DNA of 64,000 bases, from the NCBI GenBank assembly GCA_032718475.1, contig JAUCBJ010007324.1:1-64000 (forward strand), given 5' to 3'. Numbering within the stretch: the first letter of the stretch is position 1; each line of letters begins with the position of its first letter. The notes under the pieces were generated by a model. The model was not told the origin of the DNA. It did no database searches and saw only the letters and a list, made by a program, of their open reading frames with translations. This DNA comes from Nemertoderma westbladi (lineage: Eukaryota; Animalia; Xenacoelomorpha). This document shows positions 34,321-48,159 of the stretch, in pieces. A program made the translations under genes and the position numbers.

Positions 34321-36694
34321 ACTCCACTGTTCTTCTTCCCTCTTCTGATCGGGCTCGATGCTTCGTCCACCCTCTCGCGACGTCAACCTGCTTCTCTCTG
34401 CTCGGTCGCACGCTGCTGGGGATACTCGCAATCCCCATATCACTCTCCGTCGCCGGGTGTTGCGGTTTACCTATTTCGGCCCGCACATTATCCGTTGACG
34501 CCTGTGGGGCACTCTCTGCCCCCCCCCCCCCCTTTTCGCCGCTAATTCGCTGTTGTGGGGTTCCTGTAGCCCCCCTCCACTCGCCACATCTAACTTCGCT
34601 ATCTCTCACCCCGCTGCTGTATCCCTCTCTATTCGACACATCAACCCTACCGCGGCTGGGTCCATTCAGCCCCGCCTCTCCCTCTGCTATTGTGTGGCCT
34701 ACCAGGCCCTCTACTCCCTGCCTACCAACTACGTGGCCTACCAGGCCCCCGCTGGGTCTACCCAGCCACTCCCTGCCTACCAACTACGTGGCCTACCAGG
34801 CCCTCTCCGGGTTGGCTCAACCCCGCCACCTCCGGCCTACTAACTAAGCGGCCCGCCAGGTCCTCTTCGGGTTGGCTCAACCCCGCCACTTCTGGCCTAC
34901 CAATTGTACGGCCTACTAGGCCCTCACCTGCCGGGTTGTACACGCCCGACGTGTTCACGTTAATAGCACCCACATTAGAAACGGAATTATTTTGTTCGTT
35001 CGAAATAAAATCATTTGAATTATTTTGCGCGACTACACTATTATAATTATTTTGTAAATTCGGGTTTGGATCGTTATTTAAATTATTTGGATTATTTTGC
35101 GTAACTACGTTATTTGAATTATTTCCTACATTAATGTTAGAATCGTTCGGATTTAAATTTAAATTACTACCAGTAGGTAAAGTATTTCCTGCCCCCCCCC
35201 CCCCCCCCCCCCCCCCCGCCCGTACGGTCACACCAGTTTTGGGTCTGTCGTGCGGTCCCTCTAAGTGGGGTATTAATAAATATATCCACGGCCCCTGGCT
35301 CCCCGAAAACACTCGAGCCACTCCCTCTCTCAGACACCCCTATCCGCGCCAGTTCCAGTTTGCGCGTGTGTCTAGCTTTGTATTCTATGAGCTCACTTTG
35401 GCGTCTCTCTAGTTCTTTTCGCTCACGGTCCTCTCTTGCTATTCTATCCCGACACTCCCGTGCGCTCTGCTCGGCCAATTCCATATCTCTCCTAGCTCCC
35501 TCCCTTCGCTCGCCTCGCCTCACGCTCTTTGTGTGCGCTTTCCTCTCTCGCCTCACGTTCCTTACGTGCACTTTCCTCTCTCGCCTCACGCTCTTCTTGT
35601 TCCTTCCTCCCTATTTCCTCACACTCCCTAAGACTTCTCGCGGCCCTTTCGGCCCTCTCTCCGGTTTCTCTAATCAGTACCATTTCCCTTTCTAGCAATA
35701 CTCTCCCCTCCTCTAACCGTCTATCTACTTCTCTCTGACCTTGCGCTATCAGGTCGAGATGGTACGTGGCATTTATCTCTCTCACCCGTCTTTCTTTTAC
35801 GGAGGATGTAGCAGACTTATCGGTTGCGACGGATTCCCTCTGCCTTCCCGTCCTACTAACTTTCCCCCGCCTCCCGGAACTTCCTCCGACCGACGAGGCC
35901 GAATCTTCGGGGTTAACCTCGGATTCGCCCTCCTCAGGCCTCCTCCAACCCACTGATTTTATACCCTGGGCATCGACTAAGTATGGCCCTATGTACACTG
36001 CACTAGGTTGCATACCACTACACCGCCATAAGTCATACAGTTCCTCGGCAACCCCTCTCGCTCTCTCCTTGGCCAGTTCTCTCTGCCCGAAGCGCATTAG
36101 ATAACTAAAATGTCTATCCGACTCACCTAGTCCTGTTGTCAACTTTACCTCATCTATCCTCGCCCCCTCCTTGGCCTCCCTCAGTAGTTTCCGGGTCGCG
36201 TTGTAGGCCCGTTGAAGTCGATCAGAAACCCCGACGTCCTCGTCGCCGACCTCTCTTCCGTCTCTCCGGGTCCGACGTCGTACCGGCGGCCCCACCGTCG
36301 CTGTTTCGGTGGGCCATTCGTCGCCCTCGGCCTGTAGCTGGCCGGCGACATTGGTACCGACATCTCCTCCATCTCTCCGGGTCCGACGTCGTACCGTTGG
36401 CCCCACCGTCGCCGTTTCGGTGGGCCGTTCGTCGCCCTCGGCCTGTGGCTGGCCGGCGACATCGGTACGTCGACCCTCGTTCCGTGTCGACTCGTCTCTT
36501 TCTCCCTCTATCTCGCTCTCTCCTTCTCTTAGCTCGACCTCTGGCTCCAGACGGCCCCCCTCATCCTGAACTGCCGGATGACCCGTTACAGATGGGTCCG
36601 GCGTCGTGGGCCTATATCGTCTGGTCGCGGCCTCGCGGATCGTTAGTTCTTCGTCCGTGGTCCGCGTCGGTGTCGTCTCTCCTGACTGACTCAT
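34321..36694 (-). pseudogene. Element B gag N-terminal region, frameshifted
   Basis: ORF pieces 36694-35492, 35589-35167, 35321-34758, 34783-34321 collinear with element C gag. Confidence 0.8.
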
Positions 36695-36744
36695 CTCGCT
36701 GGGATTATTGAGTTTAACTAGGGCGGTAGCTCTGTTTCAATCAC

Positions 36745-37295
36745 TGTGACGGGATCCACGAAGGATCCCGATTTATCCGGTTTGTCGATCTACGCGTCCC
36801 CGCCGTGTGTGAAGGTAAAAAGAGTTTGCGTTGTTCGTCGTATATAATTTTCGGGTATAGATAGATATAGATAATGTGTTGTAATGTAGAGTACCTAAAT
36901 GTTGATATATGGAAGGCGGGTAACGGTGATTGAAGTCCCGGCACTTCCCTAGCTAAACTAACCTAAACTAATACCAATAACACACTGAGATAACTGAACT
37001 GAATGATTGCTGGTACCTAATAATATATTGCACGGTTTGGCCTTGCTACAGTACCTAGCCGATGCTTCCCCCCCCCCTGATTGGCTAATATCCCTGTTGG
37101 CGCCCTTTGGAGTGTTCCCGTTCACTCCAGCTATTCTCTCTCGGTTAGGGGTTTGGCCCCTGACCCTCATTGTGTGTTTCTCCTTCCCACTTTATTTGGG
37201 TGACACGAGTTATTGGTTACCCAATCTCGTGGCCCCCAATATTGCTTAACGGTTGACTTTATGGGTTCGTGTTAGCGGAATTGAATAAGCTAACA
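36745..37295 (-). repeat. Element B 5' LTR
   Basis: 551 bp, TGTGAC...TAACA; matches 15201-15265 plus 23008-23495 with only a few substitutions. Confidence 0.95.
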
Positions 37296-37300
37296 CTGAG

Positions 37301-38640
37301 GTTTCTCTGGTACCCGGATGGAGACTTAAGTCAACCACCGGCGACTTACCAAATGCAAGTTCGCGTATTCGGTGCCAGAGATAGCCCAAATTGTACTATG
37401 TACGCCCTAAAACAAACCGACAGGGACCAGAAACACAAATATGACCCAGAGATAGTCCAAATTGTAGAAAGAAACTTTTATGTTGACGATGGATTACAAA
37501 GTTGTGACACAGTAGAACGTGCTATAACAGTAGCACATCAATTACGGGACTGTTTAGTAACTGGAGGTTTTAACCTTTATGTTGACGATGGATTACAAAG
37601 TTGTGACACTGTAGAACGTGCTATAACAGTAGCACATCAATTACGGGACTGTTTAGTAACTGGAGGTTTTAACCTTACCAAGTTCGCTTCAAACAGCACC
37701 GAATTGGTGAATTCGTTTGAAACGACTGAGCGTGGGGGTGGTGACATTGATTTAGAATTTGAACCACTACCGACGACCCAGGTGTTGGGACTATTTTGGG
37801 ATCCAAACACAGACAACTTTAAAGTGAAAGTGAGACTGGATGTTCAAGGAGGTTCTCTGACCAAGAGATCCTGCCTGTCAAAGTTGAGTCGATTGTTTGA
37901 TCCATTAGGTTTCATCAGCCCAATAATACTGCAAGCCAGAATATATATGCGCAGTATCTGGAAAGATGGACTGACATGGGACGAACAGATCTCATCCAAA
38001 CGAGTAGACTTATGGAAAACTTGGGAGGCGCAATAGTCTTCACTAGAGGATTATTCCATACCCCGGGTGTATTTTCCATTACAAGTGACATTTCCTGACG
38101 ATTTAGAATTACACTGTTTTTCCGACGCCAGTGACAACGGCTTTGGAGTAACAGCGTATCTGCGTAGACAAGTAGACTCAGATGAGTTTGACGTATCGCT
38201 CATTACTTCTAAGGCTAAAACCATGCCTATTAAGTATATGACGACACCACGCGCTGAGCTACAAGCAGCAACCCTGTCAACTACTATTGTAAACCTTATA
38301 CAGACTGAACTACAATCAAGTTGACAGATATTTTATTGGACTGACGCGACGTTGGTTTTGTTTTATATAAACAACGACACACTTGAACATAAGACGTTTG
38401 TAGATAAACCGTCGTGTGGAAATTTTAGACCGTTCAATAAAGGAAGATTGACGACATTGTCCTGGACCACAAAATCCAGCTGATATTGCGTCACGAGGAA
38501 TGATGCCCGAGGAGATCTGTAAACCGGAAAACAAGAAATTTTGGCAACATGGACCACAATTCTTACAAAGATCATCACAACATTGGCCGCCATTATACGA
38601 TAATAAGTCTAACACTATCCCTAAGGACGCTGAGATTAAA
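37301..38640 (+). pseudogene. Element A RT C-terminal half and RNase H region
   Basis: RFLWYPDG, VFGARDSP, NFYVDDGL, GGFNLTKFASN, VLGLFWD, LFDPLGFISP, ELHCFSDASDNGFG, TTPRAELQAA, CPGPQNPADIASRG. Confidence 0.92.
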
Positions 38641-38779
38641 TAACCAAAGAAAGGGAAAGCAAAGAAAAAGGCGACGGTGAAACTTAAGAAGAAACCAAAG
38701 GCGAAAAGGAAAAAAATAACTTATAAAGTTAAAAACGGAAGACTTTCGAGCCTTTCTTCACCAGACGTATCGCCAGACA

Positions 38780-39010
38780 GTCAACCAGACACGTTACCAG
38801 ACGGTCAACCAGACATGTTACCAGACGGTCAACCAGACATGTTACTAGATGATCAACCAGACATGTTACTAGATGATCAACCAGACACGTTACCAGACGG
38901 TCAACCTGACATGTTACTAGATGATCAACCAGACATGTTACTAGATGATCAACCAGACACATTACCAGACGGTCAACCAGACATTTCGCCAGATATGTCA
39001 CCAGACATTG
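38780..39010. repeat. 24-bp coding minisatellite (DQPDMLLD/GQPDTLPD) in ORF 38677-39516 downstream of element A RNase H
   Basis: TCAACCAGACA(T/C)GTTAC(T/C)AGA(T/C)G(A/G) repeated about 9 times. Confidence 0.85.
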
Positions 39011-39550
39011 GTAACATATTGATACATAGTAAAGCCGCAGTTTCTCTATTGGAGCGGCCTTCTGTTGACAAACTATGTAACAGATTACAAAATTTGACAC
39101 TCTTGAGTAACCATAAGTACAGTGAAACCTCATGTATTACAGATGTGGGTAGTACCTATACAGATGTAAATACAGGCGTCACTTTGCGCTCAAGAGACAT
39201 ACCTTACCTTACATACCATACCTCAACCTTACAACCTACGGTAAGACCTGGGATTAATATTGGCAGAAAAATAAGTTTACCGAAACCCAGTGATCCCATA
39301 GAATTTAAACCACCATTAAGGATCGACTCACAAAGTACCGACAATCAAGGTAAGAAGGCGAAGAAGGACAAAATACTCGTAGACCCGGACGGATCAACAG
39401 TCAATAAGGGAATACCTACCGGCGGACCCATGGGCCCATCTAGTAAAACTAGACCTTCAAGAATTACCACTGACTTACCTGATGACGTCATAAATATAAG
39501 TAAGTATATAAAGTAAGTAAAGTAAAGTAAGTCATATAAATAAGTATCCT

Positions 39551-40230
39551 ATCTCCCTATTAATATTGTTGTGTTCTAGAATATTTTTTATAGTTTCATC
39601 GTATTGCCAAAGTGACTGGAGCTGAAGTTAACTCATAATACAATAATTCACCTCAAATATCTCAGCTATTTCATGAACATAATGAAGTATTAAAGCCATG
39701 TCAAAATCCTTGGTATTTTTCTGCAATAATTTATAAAAATATCCTCTGATTTTTTACTATAACCATATCGATTTTAATATTTATAACTTCTAACCCACTC
39801 CACGAGATAGAGAATCTTTAATAAAAGTCAAAAGAACAGGTAACACTTACATTTATAGCAGTAATCAGCTGTTATATGCTATGTATTTCCGCTGGAGATG
39901 AATGAATTTTGATTGTGTCAGAACACCCCCTATCTGTGGTTGTATGAGTGGAGAGATAAGTAGCCAATCTCCCTATTAATATTACTGTGTTCTAGAATAT
40001 TTATTATTGTTTCATCGTATTGCTAAAGTGGCTGGAGCTAAAGTTATTATGTAATGCAATAATTCACCTCAAATATCTCAGCTATTTCATGAACATGATG
40101 AAGTATTAACGCCATGTCAAAATCATTGGTGTTTTTCTGCAATAATTTATCAAAATATCCTCTGTTTTTTTTTCAAAAACCATATCGATTTTCTTATTTA
40201 TATCTTCTAACCCACTCCACGAGATAGAGA
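39551..40230. repeat. Diverged direct repeat, about 265 bp x2 (39551-39813 and 39967-40230)
   Basis: ATCTCCCTATTAATATT...CCCACTCCACGAGATAGAGAA present twice, 416 bp apart. Confidence 0.85.
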
Positions 40231-41169
40231 AGCTTAAGTTGACATAATGTACGTAATGTATAAACATCGTACGTTGTATTAAATTAGTATACTGTGGAAC
40301 CCACCACGATTAGTGAGCGAAGCTACTCGTGCAAAATTTCAATTAGTATTAGGACCTAATATCATGTCCGTCTGTTTGTCTGTCCGTCTGTCTGTGATAG
40401 AAAATTCAATCGTTTTGAAGCCTTTACTCAATTTTAACCTGACAGACTTCAGAAATTCATGTATTAGAGTTGGGCACTTGGGGGTTTGAATAATTTCCAG
40501 TTAGGTACCGAAAGGGTTAATACATAAGTTTATATATATACAGTTTATCTTCCATTTAATTTGTTTTTATTTACAACCCTAATTGTTCTACTGTATTATA
40601 ATTTATGTTTTATAATAACAAGCTATATCCGGTTAATCCATAATAATTTTCTTTGTACTGAGGTTATCGAGGGCGCTCTTTCCAATGGTCCTATTCTCAA
40701 AACGATCTAACCTACTGTATAATTATTTACTTAAACTGCGAGGTATGCGTAATTAACACATCTCATTTACCAGTTTTCCTTAAAAACTATGAAGTTATAT
40801 TGCTTAAGAGTTCTATATTTAGATATATCATTACTTAATTTTGACCCCCCAATCGGCATCTACTACGGCATAGGTCATATCTTTTGCGGAGAAATAGATT
40901 AGTCTGAAGTTCCCCTGTCTGCTGCTAGAGGGCGTATTATTTGAAAATTAACATCTTCTCTAGCTTTGATATTTACAATCCGCAAAACTATGAAGTTATA
41001 TTGCTTAAGAGTTCTAAGGGGCGAGCCATGAGGCAAGATGTTTGAGACTTATTTAGTATCTATTACAATATGGGCTATATTTTTGCAGAGTCACAGAGTA
41101 GTCTGAAGTTCCCCAGTCTGCCGCTAGAGGGCGAAATAACACAAAATAAAACTGGAAGCGATTCGCTTC

Positions 41170-41340
41170 CAGCGAGCTTATGTTAATACGATCATACATT
41201 TCTTGAGGGCAGTCAAGGTTTACTGTCATAATTTTTGTCTTCTTGGCGTTTACAAAAAGACCAACACTAGAAGCAACCTGCCCCAATAAACAGAGGAGCC
41301 TTTGGGCTCCCTCTAGTGATTCTGGCAGTACCCCTAAGAA
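41170..41340 (-). mobile_element. Diverged fragment of RTE family 1 RT
   Basis: LGVLPESLEGAQRLL...ASSVGLFVNAKKTKIMTVNL, homologous to 6240-6405. Confidence 0.8.
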
Positions 41341-44300
41341 ATACGGTATCTTGATTAATGAATCAATGATATTGGTCCATCACAAAAACTAATATAAAGT
41401 TAATTAATAAATAAACGGTACATAAATAATGTCATAATGATGTCATAAATAATGTTATAAAATAAATAGTGTCAATCAAAACAGTAAATAAGTTAAACTC
41501 TTTACGTACTGCAGTAGCTATACATGAAAAAACTTATTTATTTTTACGATATTATGGCTAATTTATTGACGATTTTGAATTCCGAATTTTATTGCAAACT
41601 AGGAAATATTTAATCAAGTTTATATCTGTATTGAAACCGCAGTAAATAAGGTGGATCTAAACAAATGTTGATACATAATTTCTACATCCATAATTTGTCC
41701 AATTTTATACCTAAACGGGTGGCCCTTACAAATTGATTTAGATGCTTTTTATGTTTGAACTCTAGTTATGCGCATGCGCCAGGCCCACTCCATGTAGGTG
41801 ATAAGAAGGGCGCTGTGATTGGCCATTTATCTGTTTGCTGGACGAATAAGAAAGCTAGTAGCTACTCATATCCAAGTAAAAACCGGTTTACTGAATTTTT
41901 ATGCAATGTCAAAGAGAACTTACTGGAACCGGTAAAAACCAGTTTTGTTGTTATATGATATGTTGTTATATTGATTATTCTTCGCGATTTTATATTGAAT
42001 TTGTTTAAATTGTATTGAATTTCTCTGATAATTATGTTCTGATTTTGTACCGTAAAAACGTAACATAAACATATATGTATTAACCCTAATTGTGTTTTGC
42101 TTGTGTTGGTGATTTTGTGAATCAAAATGGTGGAATAAAGACACCCGGTGATCGATTCGGAATTCAAACCCGTTGTTTTAACACATGAGCGGCACATTCT
42201 CCGCCTAATAATGATAATTATGGAGTGAGGAGGTCGAGCTGTACCTACCGGCCGACTGCGGGAGCCACAGGACTACAGGATGGATTATATCATACAACAT
42301 GAGTGAAACATAAGGGCAGTAAGTTGGACTGGGTAAGCCACAAGGGGAGGGGGGTTTCATTAGGTTGATGTACACAATTCTATTAGGTTAACTGGTGCTT
42401 TAACTATTTTTCCTGTACTTGGGTTTGGGCCAAATTGAACCGGGATACCCCATCACAATAACCACACAGGCAGCACGGAAGTGCAAAAGGGGGAGTGTTG
42501 ATATATTTGGTATCAGCGCTCATCGTTTTCACTTAGGTTTGGGTCTCATTTGGATACTAACATTCATTTCACTTCATCTTTATTTATTTTGACCTTTTGT
42601 TTGGGTTGAGTAAGCTTATATACCAAGTTTCAGCTACTAACAGCATTATTTTCAGTCCAGCAGTAAATGTATTTGGGGTATTTAGATAGTGTTAATCATC
42701 TCTCACAATCATTAGTTTGACACTCTTACAGTTACTTTACAGAGTAGAAGTGAAAAATTAGAGAATATCTGCAAATTTATCCACGAGATAACCAGGTTTA
42801 GTATTGCGTTATAATTTCCTTCCTTTACTACCGTCGACAGCGGTGCGGTGTATAGAAATATAGAGAATTTGTTATAGCGGGAAAATTTATGATAAATTGT
42901 GTTTATATTTTGTTTGTTTACAAATTGTACTCGATACAACCCTTACCTATCGGCAGTTTAGTTTGCAGTATATGTGGTGGATAAGGGGCCATCACGCTAG
43001 TAAATTGTTTTAATAAAGTTGATAATATTAGCAGGGATTCCTCACCAACTGGAGTTTCCTTGTTGATCTTTATATAGACCGGTTTATTGTTTTGCTTTCT
43101 TTCGAAACTGATACGTATTGCGATAATTTTGATTCGTATTCAACAGTGGTTATTATGTTAATAAATCTGCAATGTGCTTTAGCGAAATCTTTTTAGCCAA
43201 TTCTTAGCTGATTTGCGATGTAAAAAATTATAAATAAATCACAGAGTTGCTATAGCGCCGCCATTGAGTAAAGTTTCTATCGAGTTCGAAAGTTTGTATA
43301 GCCAAAAAGGGCTGCATTATAAGATTTAAATGAAATTAAAAATTTATATTTCGGTCGAAATTGTTAGGATAAATTTAGTGTAAATCTACCAGACAGCCAC
43401 CTAATTCTCTAATACAACTTACAAGAACATCACTTTCATCACCACAACCAATCCGGGATCTGGGGACGTTTGACTTGGTACGCAAGTGAACTGATCATTG
43501 ACGAGGTTGGGACGTGGGACGGCGTCCTTTAGCATCAATCACAGGTTGGTCGTAGTGTCGATAGGATTGTGCTTGTGGGATCTATAGTTTATTTGTGGCT
43601 GTTTGAAGGTTTGTTAAAATACTTATGCACAGTATTTGTGGCACTTGTGCATACAAAATAAATTTGGTGTTGTAATTTTTTAAGTACAATTTTAAATTAC
43701 TTCCCTTTGTTGTATCTTATTGTCCCAGCATCCAGGGTCTCATAAAGTCGAGCCAAGGATATATTTTATGAAATAAAATAAAATAAGAAAATTGGAAATT
43801 AATTGAGTTGTGAAAGTTTGTTTTACCCCCATTCGATACGAAGGTAGTACCACTCTTCCCCTTTCCAACCGCGTTACTTTCGTCCCCGTACGATTAATAT
43901 TAGCCGAGTTATAGCGGATCCCGCAAAGTCATTTTGTCCGTTTTTTCAACTTTGACGGACATTTTCGGAAAAAAGGCGTGGTAATCTTTTTTGAAAAAAA
44001 AAACGAATTCACTAATTAATCCCTTCTATCGTATCCCGGCGTCGGCTAAGCAATAACCTAGGGTTTTTTCGAGCCACTGTAGAGCGCCTTTCAACAAAAT
44101 TTTAAAATTGTCGAAAAAATGACGGTTTTTTTGTCCGCCGTGTCCGTCGAAGGGTTAGATTTAATAATGTTAGAGTTGCTAATATCTTAGAATTCCGAGC
44201 CGCTCCCCTGGTGAGAAAATAAAAAAATTTGGTCAGTTCCTTCATCGAAAAGTCCCCCAGAATCCCAAGTTAACCTATATAGTTAGCGATGGCCTGCGGC

Positions 44301-44376
44301 TTTAGGAGCGGCCGCATTCACCTCCCTCATAGCGGCCGCGGCGGTGTTGCGTCAAATGGAGAAATATTTATCCCAC

Positions 44377-44640
44377 CAAGAATGGTGCAAGTGTGTCTCC
44401 CTGGAGGACGCCCCATAACACTTCAAATGGTTCTGTGTGACCGTCAACAGTAGACCTAAATGTTGTCGAACCATCGTATACTGATCTGAATTCTGCAACA
44501 ATTTCATCAGGAATCCCATATAAAGAAAGTATGCTAAACATACGTGAGCGAGAGACTGAATCAAAGGCCTTGAAGAAGTCAACAAAGATAACAGCCAGAT
44601 GCCTGTCTTTCTTTTTTGATAACTCTTCAATTATCCTTCT
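44377..44640 (-). mobile_element. Fragment of RTE family 1 RT
   Basis: Near-identical to about 6546-6808 (RRIIEELSKKKDRHLAVIFVDFFKAFDSV...GVLQGDTLAPFL). Confidence 0.92.
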
Positions 44641-46432
44641 ATATAACGAGCGCAATGATAGTTGTAATGAAGACAAGTCTGTGCTGACTAAACTCCTAAA
44701 CCACAGAACGCAAAACGGAACCATCTCCCCAAGACATAATACGGCAATGAACCATGTCGTATCCAGAACCTAAACAGAACCCCACAATAAGATCATATTG
44801 GCTATCGAATCTTTTGTCGAATTAATACCAATTTACGTAAATACTGGCGTTTTGTAATCTTTTATTCACGGAATTGGCAAATTGTTCACTGCTGCCTTTT
44901 TTAAAGTACTGGTACACACACAAAGGGTTAATCTGAACCATAACGTGTGCCATAACAAAATCATAGACAAAACCATACCGGTAGGCCTATCATTACCTGC
45001 ACTGTGACCTTGAGAGATCTAAAGCCTTACAAGAATTATAACCATATCTTGAAACAGAACCCTTACATGAAACCATAACAACGATAACGCAAAACTGAAT
45101 CATAACATTACTCTGGCCGTATTAAAACTATTTTACATTTAACCTGGCGATATGTAGACTTTTAATAACCACATTGGCAAATTGTTAACATATTTAGCAT
45201 CTGGCGCAAGCCGAATATTTTATAACAAAATTGGCGTTTCATTACATGTTTGTAAATATTACAAATTGAGACAAGTTGTTTGTTGTTTGTGTGCCAGAAT
45301 ATACTTAGTAGAAATGCGGTGAAAGGAAAAGCCGGCAAATAAATGTACTTGCCCCATGTAAATTGTTGAGAAAACCTCCATCATTAAAATTGTCTGACCG
45401 CATAAAATAGCGTGCCTATCACTCATAGGACTCAGTAAATTCGAATTTTTCATAACCGGTATACAGTATATAACGTTTCTGCAGCGTTCATTATTTTTAG
45501 AATTTGTTGTGCTATTAGACATGATATTACATTTTGTTGTGTTTATGTTTTGAAACTATTATCTGGTTGTTTCTTGTTTCTTGTGAGGGGGGGGGGGGGG
45601 GTGGGGGGGGGGGGCTGGGGGGGAATTACCGATTTTATGGTTTAAGAAACATGACATTCAAACAAGGGAAGGTAAAATAGTTATAGTCCGCTACATGTAG
45701 GGGAAGTCAGGTGTAATCTCATATATATATGTCATAAATAAACCCCTATCATTTATATTAAAAAAACGGTCATTAAAATTGAAAAAAAAACCATCATTAA
45801 AATTGTCTGATCGCATAATACAAACCTTTATCCTAACCTTAACATGAACCACATTAAAACCTTGCCATTATTACTTGTAGGGCGTACCTAGACATTCAAC
45901 AGTCCGTCATACCATACAGCCATACCAATACTTGAATGCTGAAACGTGATTGGCGCAAGTTTTCGGTGCTGCTTCCCAGTGGATGTTTACTGGTCACACA
46001 TATTTTCGTTTCATCAGCCGTTCCTTCCCCCTCTGGGGCTTCACTCCATTGTAATTAGAAATCACATTCTATGAATTCAATAGCTAAATTTGCAGTGAAA
46101 ACATTGTCAAAGAGAGTGAAAATAATGTAGTTGATTGTTTAACGCCATTTCTATGGAAGGAGTTAAAATAATGTTTAATTTATTGGTTTTACAGTATTAT
46201 ATTATTAGCTTCACAATTTTTTCATTTATGGCGCATTTCCTACTAATCCCTTATTAGAAAATTCATTTTAATCATAATTTGTTAATTCGTCATTTTTTAT
46301 ATTTATTGCGCATTGTTAAGTGCGATCTGAACCAATATCATATATAAGAAAGGCGTATTCGCCTCAATAATATTATCCTCAATAAAATATATTTTGGAAT
46401 AGGTTTAAATACAACGATGTTCCACGCGGTGA

Positions 46433-48020
46433 TACTACTACTACTACTAGGTCGAGCGAACTCGGACAGTGTAAATGAGATCCTTCCAGGCTTCCCGATT
46501 CTCCATAGTTGTCGCAATTTCGTTTCTCCCAAGTTCAGTATCCCTTTCAAGTTGATCTATATATGTTATGGCTGGTCGTCCACGACTACGCTTTCCATGA
46601 GTCGGTTGCCAGAAAAGTAGATCTGGTATGACCTCGTCTTTACTTCGCCAGCAGTGCCCACTGAATCTTAATCTGCGTTCACGGAGGGTGGTTGATACAG
46701 GTGGTATTGTACCATAAAGCTCGGCGTTTGTCATGTGTTGTCTCCAGCTGATGTTTAGGGCTGCCCTTAGTAGTCTTGTGTAGCAACCATCAATTCGTTG
46801 TTCAAGTGATTTAGTCAGTGTCCAGGTCTCACCCCCGTATAAAAATACACTTTCCACTGTGGCTCGAAAGAACTTAGTCTTCAGGTGCCTGGAGAGATCT
46901 GATTTCCAGATGGTATCCATTTTTGATAGAGCTACCCAAGCCTTTGCTTTCCTAACTTCTATGTCCTTTTTGCTACTCTCTATCCATGATCCAAGGTACT
47001 GGAAGTCATCGACCTTCCTTAGTTGATTATTATCAATGGTTGTCAAGTTTCCATCAACATTAAAGGTCATGAATTCGGTCTTGGTAGCATTTATATGCAA
47101 TCCAACCTCCTTAGCAGCCCTCTCCACTTTATTTAGCAGAAGCTGTGCATCTGCTAGCGTATTAGAGAGCAGGGCGATGTCATCCGCAAAGTCGGTGTCT
47201 GTGACTGTAGTTGCCGGATATCTACTACTTCTGCGTTCTTGAAGTGTGAATCCCAGATCTTCACCCTTTGTGGCCGTCCTCATTGCGTAATCCAGCACAA
47301 TTACAAATAGTAATGGTGCTAAGGTGTCACCTTGCAGTACGCCAGCCAGGATTGCGAAAAACTCAGTTTCACCATCTGGTGTGAGTACCTGCGCTTCTGT
47401 GTCACAATATAACAATCCAATGCCAGCAACAATTACTTCTGGTATTCCATAAGCTCTTAGGATTTCAAGCATTTTACCTCTATAGATGGAGTCGAATGCC
47501 TTCTTGAAGTCCACAAAAGTCATGACTGCGGGGAGATTCTTTGACTTAATTCCTTCAATCAGTCTCCGTAGTGCAAGTATCTGAGCTATTGTTGATCTAC
47601 TTGGTCGAAATCCGTTTTGGCTCTTACGCAGTAGTTTCTCTATGTGAGGCCTAATCCTATATAGAATCATTTTATTGTATATTTTGGCAGCTACCACAAG
47701 CAGACAGATCCCACGATAGTTTGTGGGTATGCCGAGGTCTCCTTTCTTGGGGAGAGGCTTTAGTTGACCTTTAGTCCAAATTGGTGGTGGCTTTTCCCCT
47801 TTTAACATCCGGTTGCAAACATTCAATAATGGTCTATTTAGCACTCCGGTTTTCCATACCTCCGCTGGGATTTTATCTAATCCACTCGCTTTATTATTGG
47901 ACATGCTTTTAATGCTTCTTTGGAGTTCGGCAGGTGTGAAGTCCCCTGTTTCTATAGGTAGTGTCTTGTCATATATTTTCCTTGTAGGGCTGACCTCGAT
48001 GTTTGGTGGCTGCCCAAGCT
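46433..48020 (-). mobile_element. 5'-truncated RTE-clade LINE (family 2) with uninterrupted RT ORF 48030-46447
   Basis: QNGFRPSRS, FVDFKKAFDSI, GVLQGDTLAPLLF, DTDFADDI, FQYLGS; ORF ends directly in a (TAG)n tail. Confidence 0.93.
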
Positions 48021-48159
48021 GCCCACGCATTGATGGAAGAGAATAATTGACATAATGACCCTAATTAAAGAGTTATCTTTCTAAAAAAAAATAATATAGT
48101 ATGTATAGGCCGAAACAAAGGAAAGTAGCGAGAAACAGAAGTACAAAAATGAAGAATCT

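Larger units (their letters stand above)
15201..37295 (-). mobile_element. BEL/Pao LTR retrotransposon B with both LTRs, defective pol and an extra ORF3
   Basis: TG...CA LTRs of about 551 bp; 5-bp TSD CTGAG at 15196-15200 and 37296-37300; PPT (plus strand CTCCCCCCC) at 23496-23504; gag-PR-RT-IN order on minus strand. Confidence 0.95.
5369..39516 (+). mobile_element. BEL/Pao LTR retrotransposon A, decayed gag-pol, host of three direct insertions, 3'-truncated (no integrase or 3' LTR found)
   Basis: Collinear pieces: gag start 5369-5593, gag 7376-10515, protease 10373-11344, RT 14385-15200 and 37301-38036, RNase H 38067-38640; coding sequence resumes across each TSD. The 5' LTR may lie within about 3236-5360 but could not be delimited. 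Confidence 0.9.

Noticed and set aside
17652-36711. Many plus-strand ORFs overlapping elements B and C
   Set aside because: Antisense shadows of GC-rich gag-pol sequence with no independent motifs
40310-41150. Helentron/DINE-like element suggested by a (GTCY)n microsatellite and about 200-bp internal repeats
   Set aside because: Termini and subterminal inverted repeats could not be identified
46420-48035. TSD for RTE family 2 (CCACGCGGTGAT vs CCACGCATTGAT)
   Set aside because: Two mismatches in 12 bp around an otherwise intact ORF; may be chance
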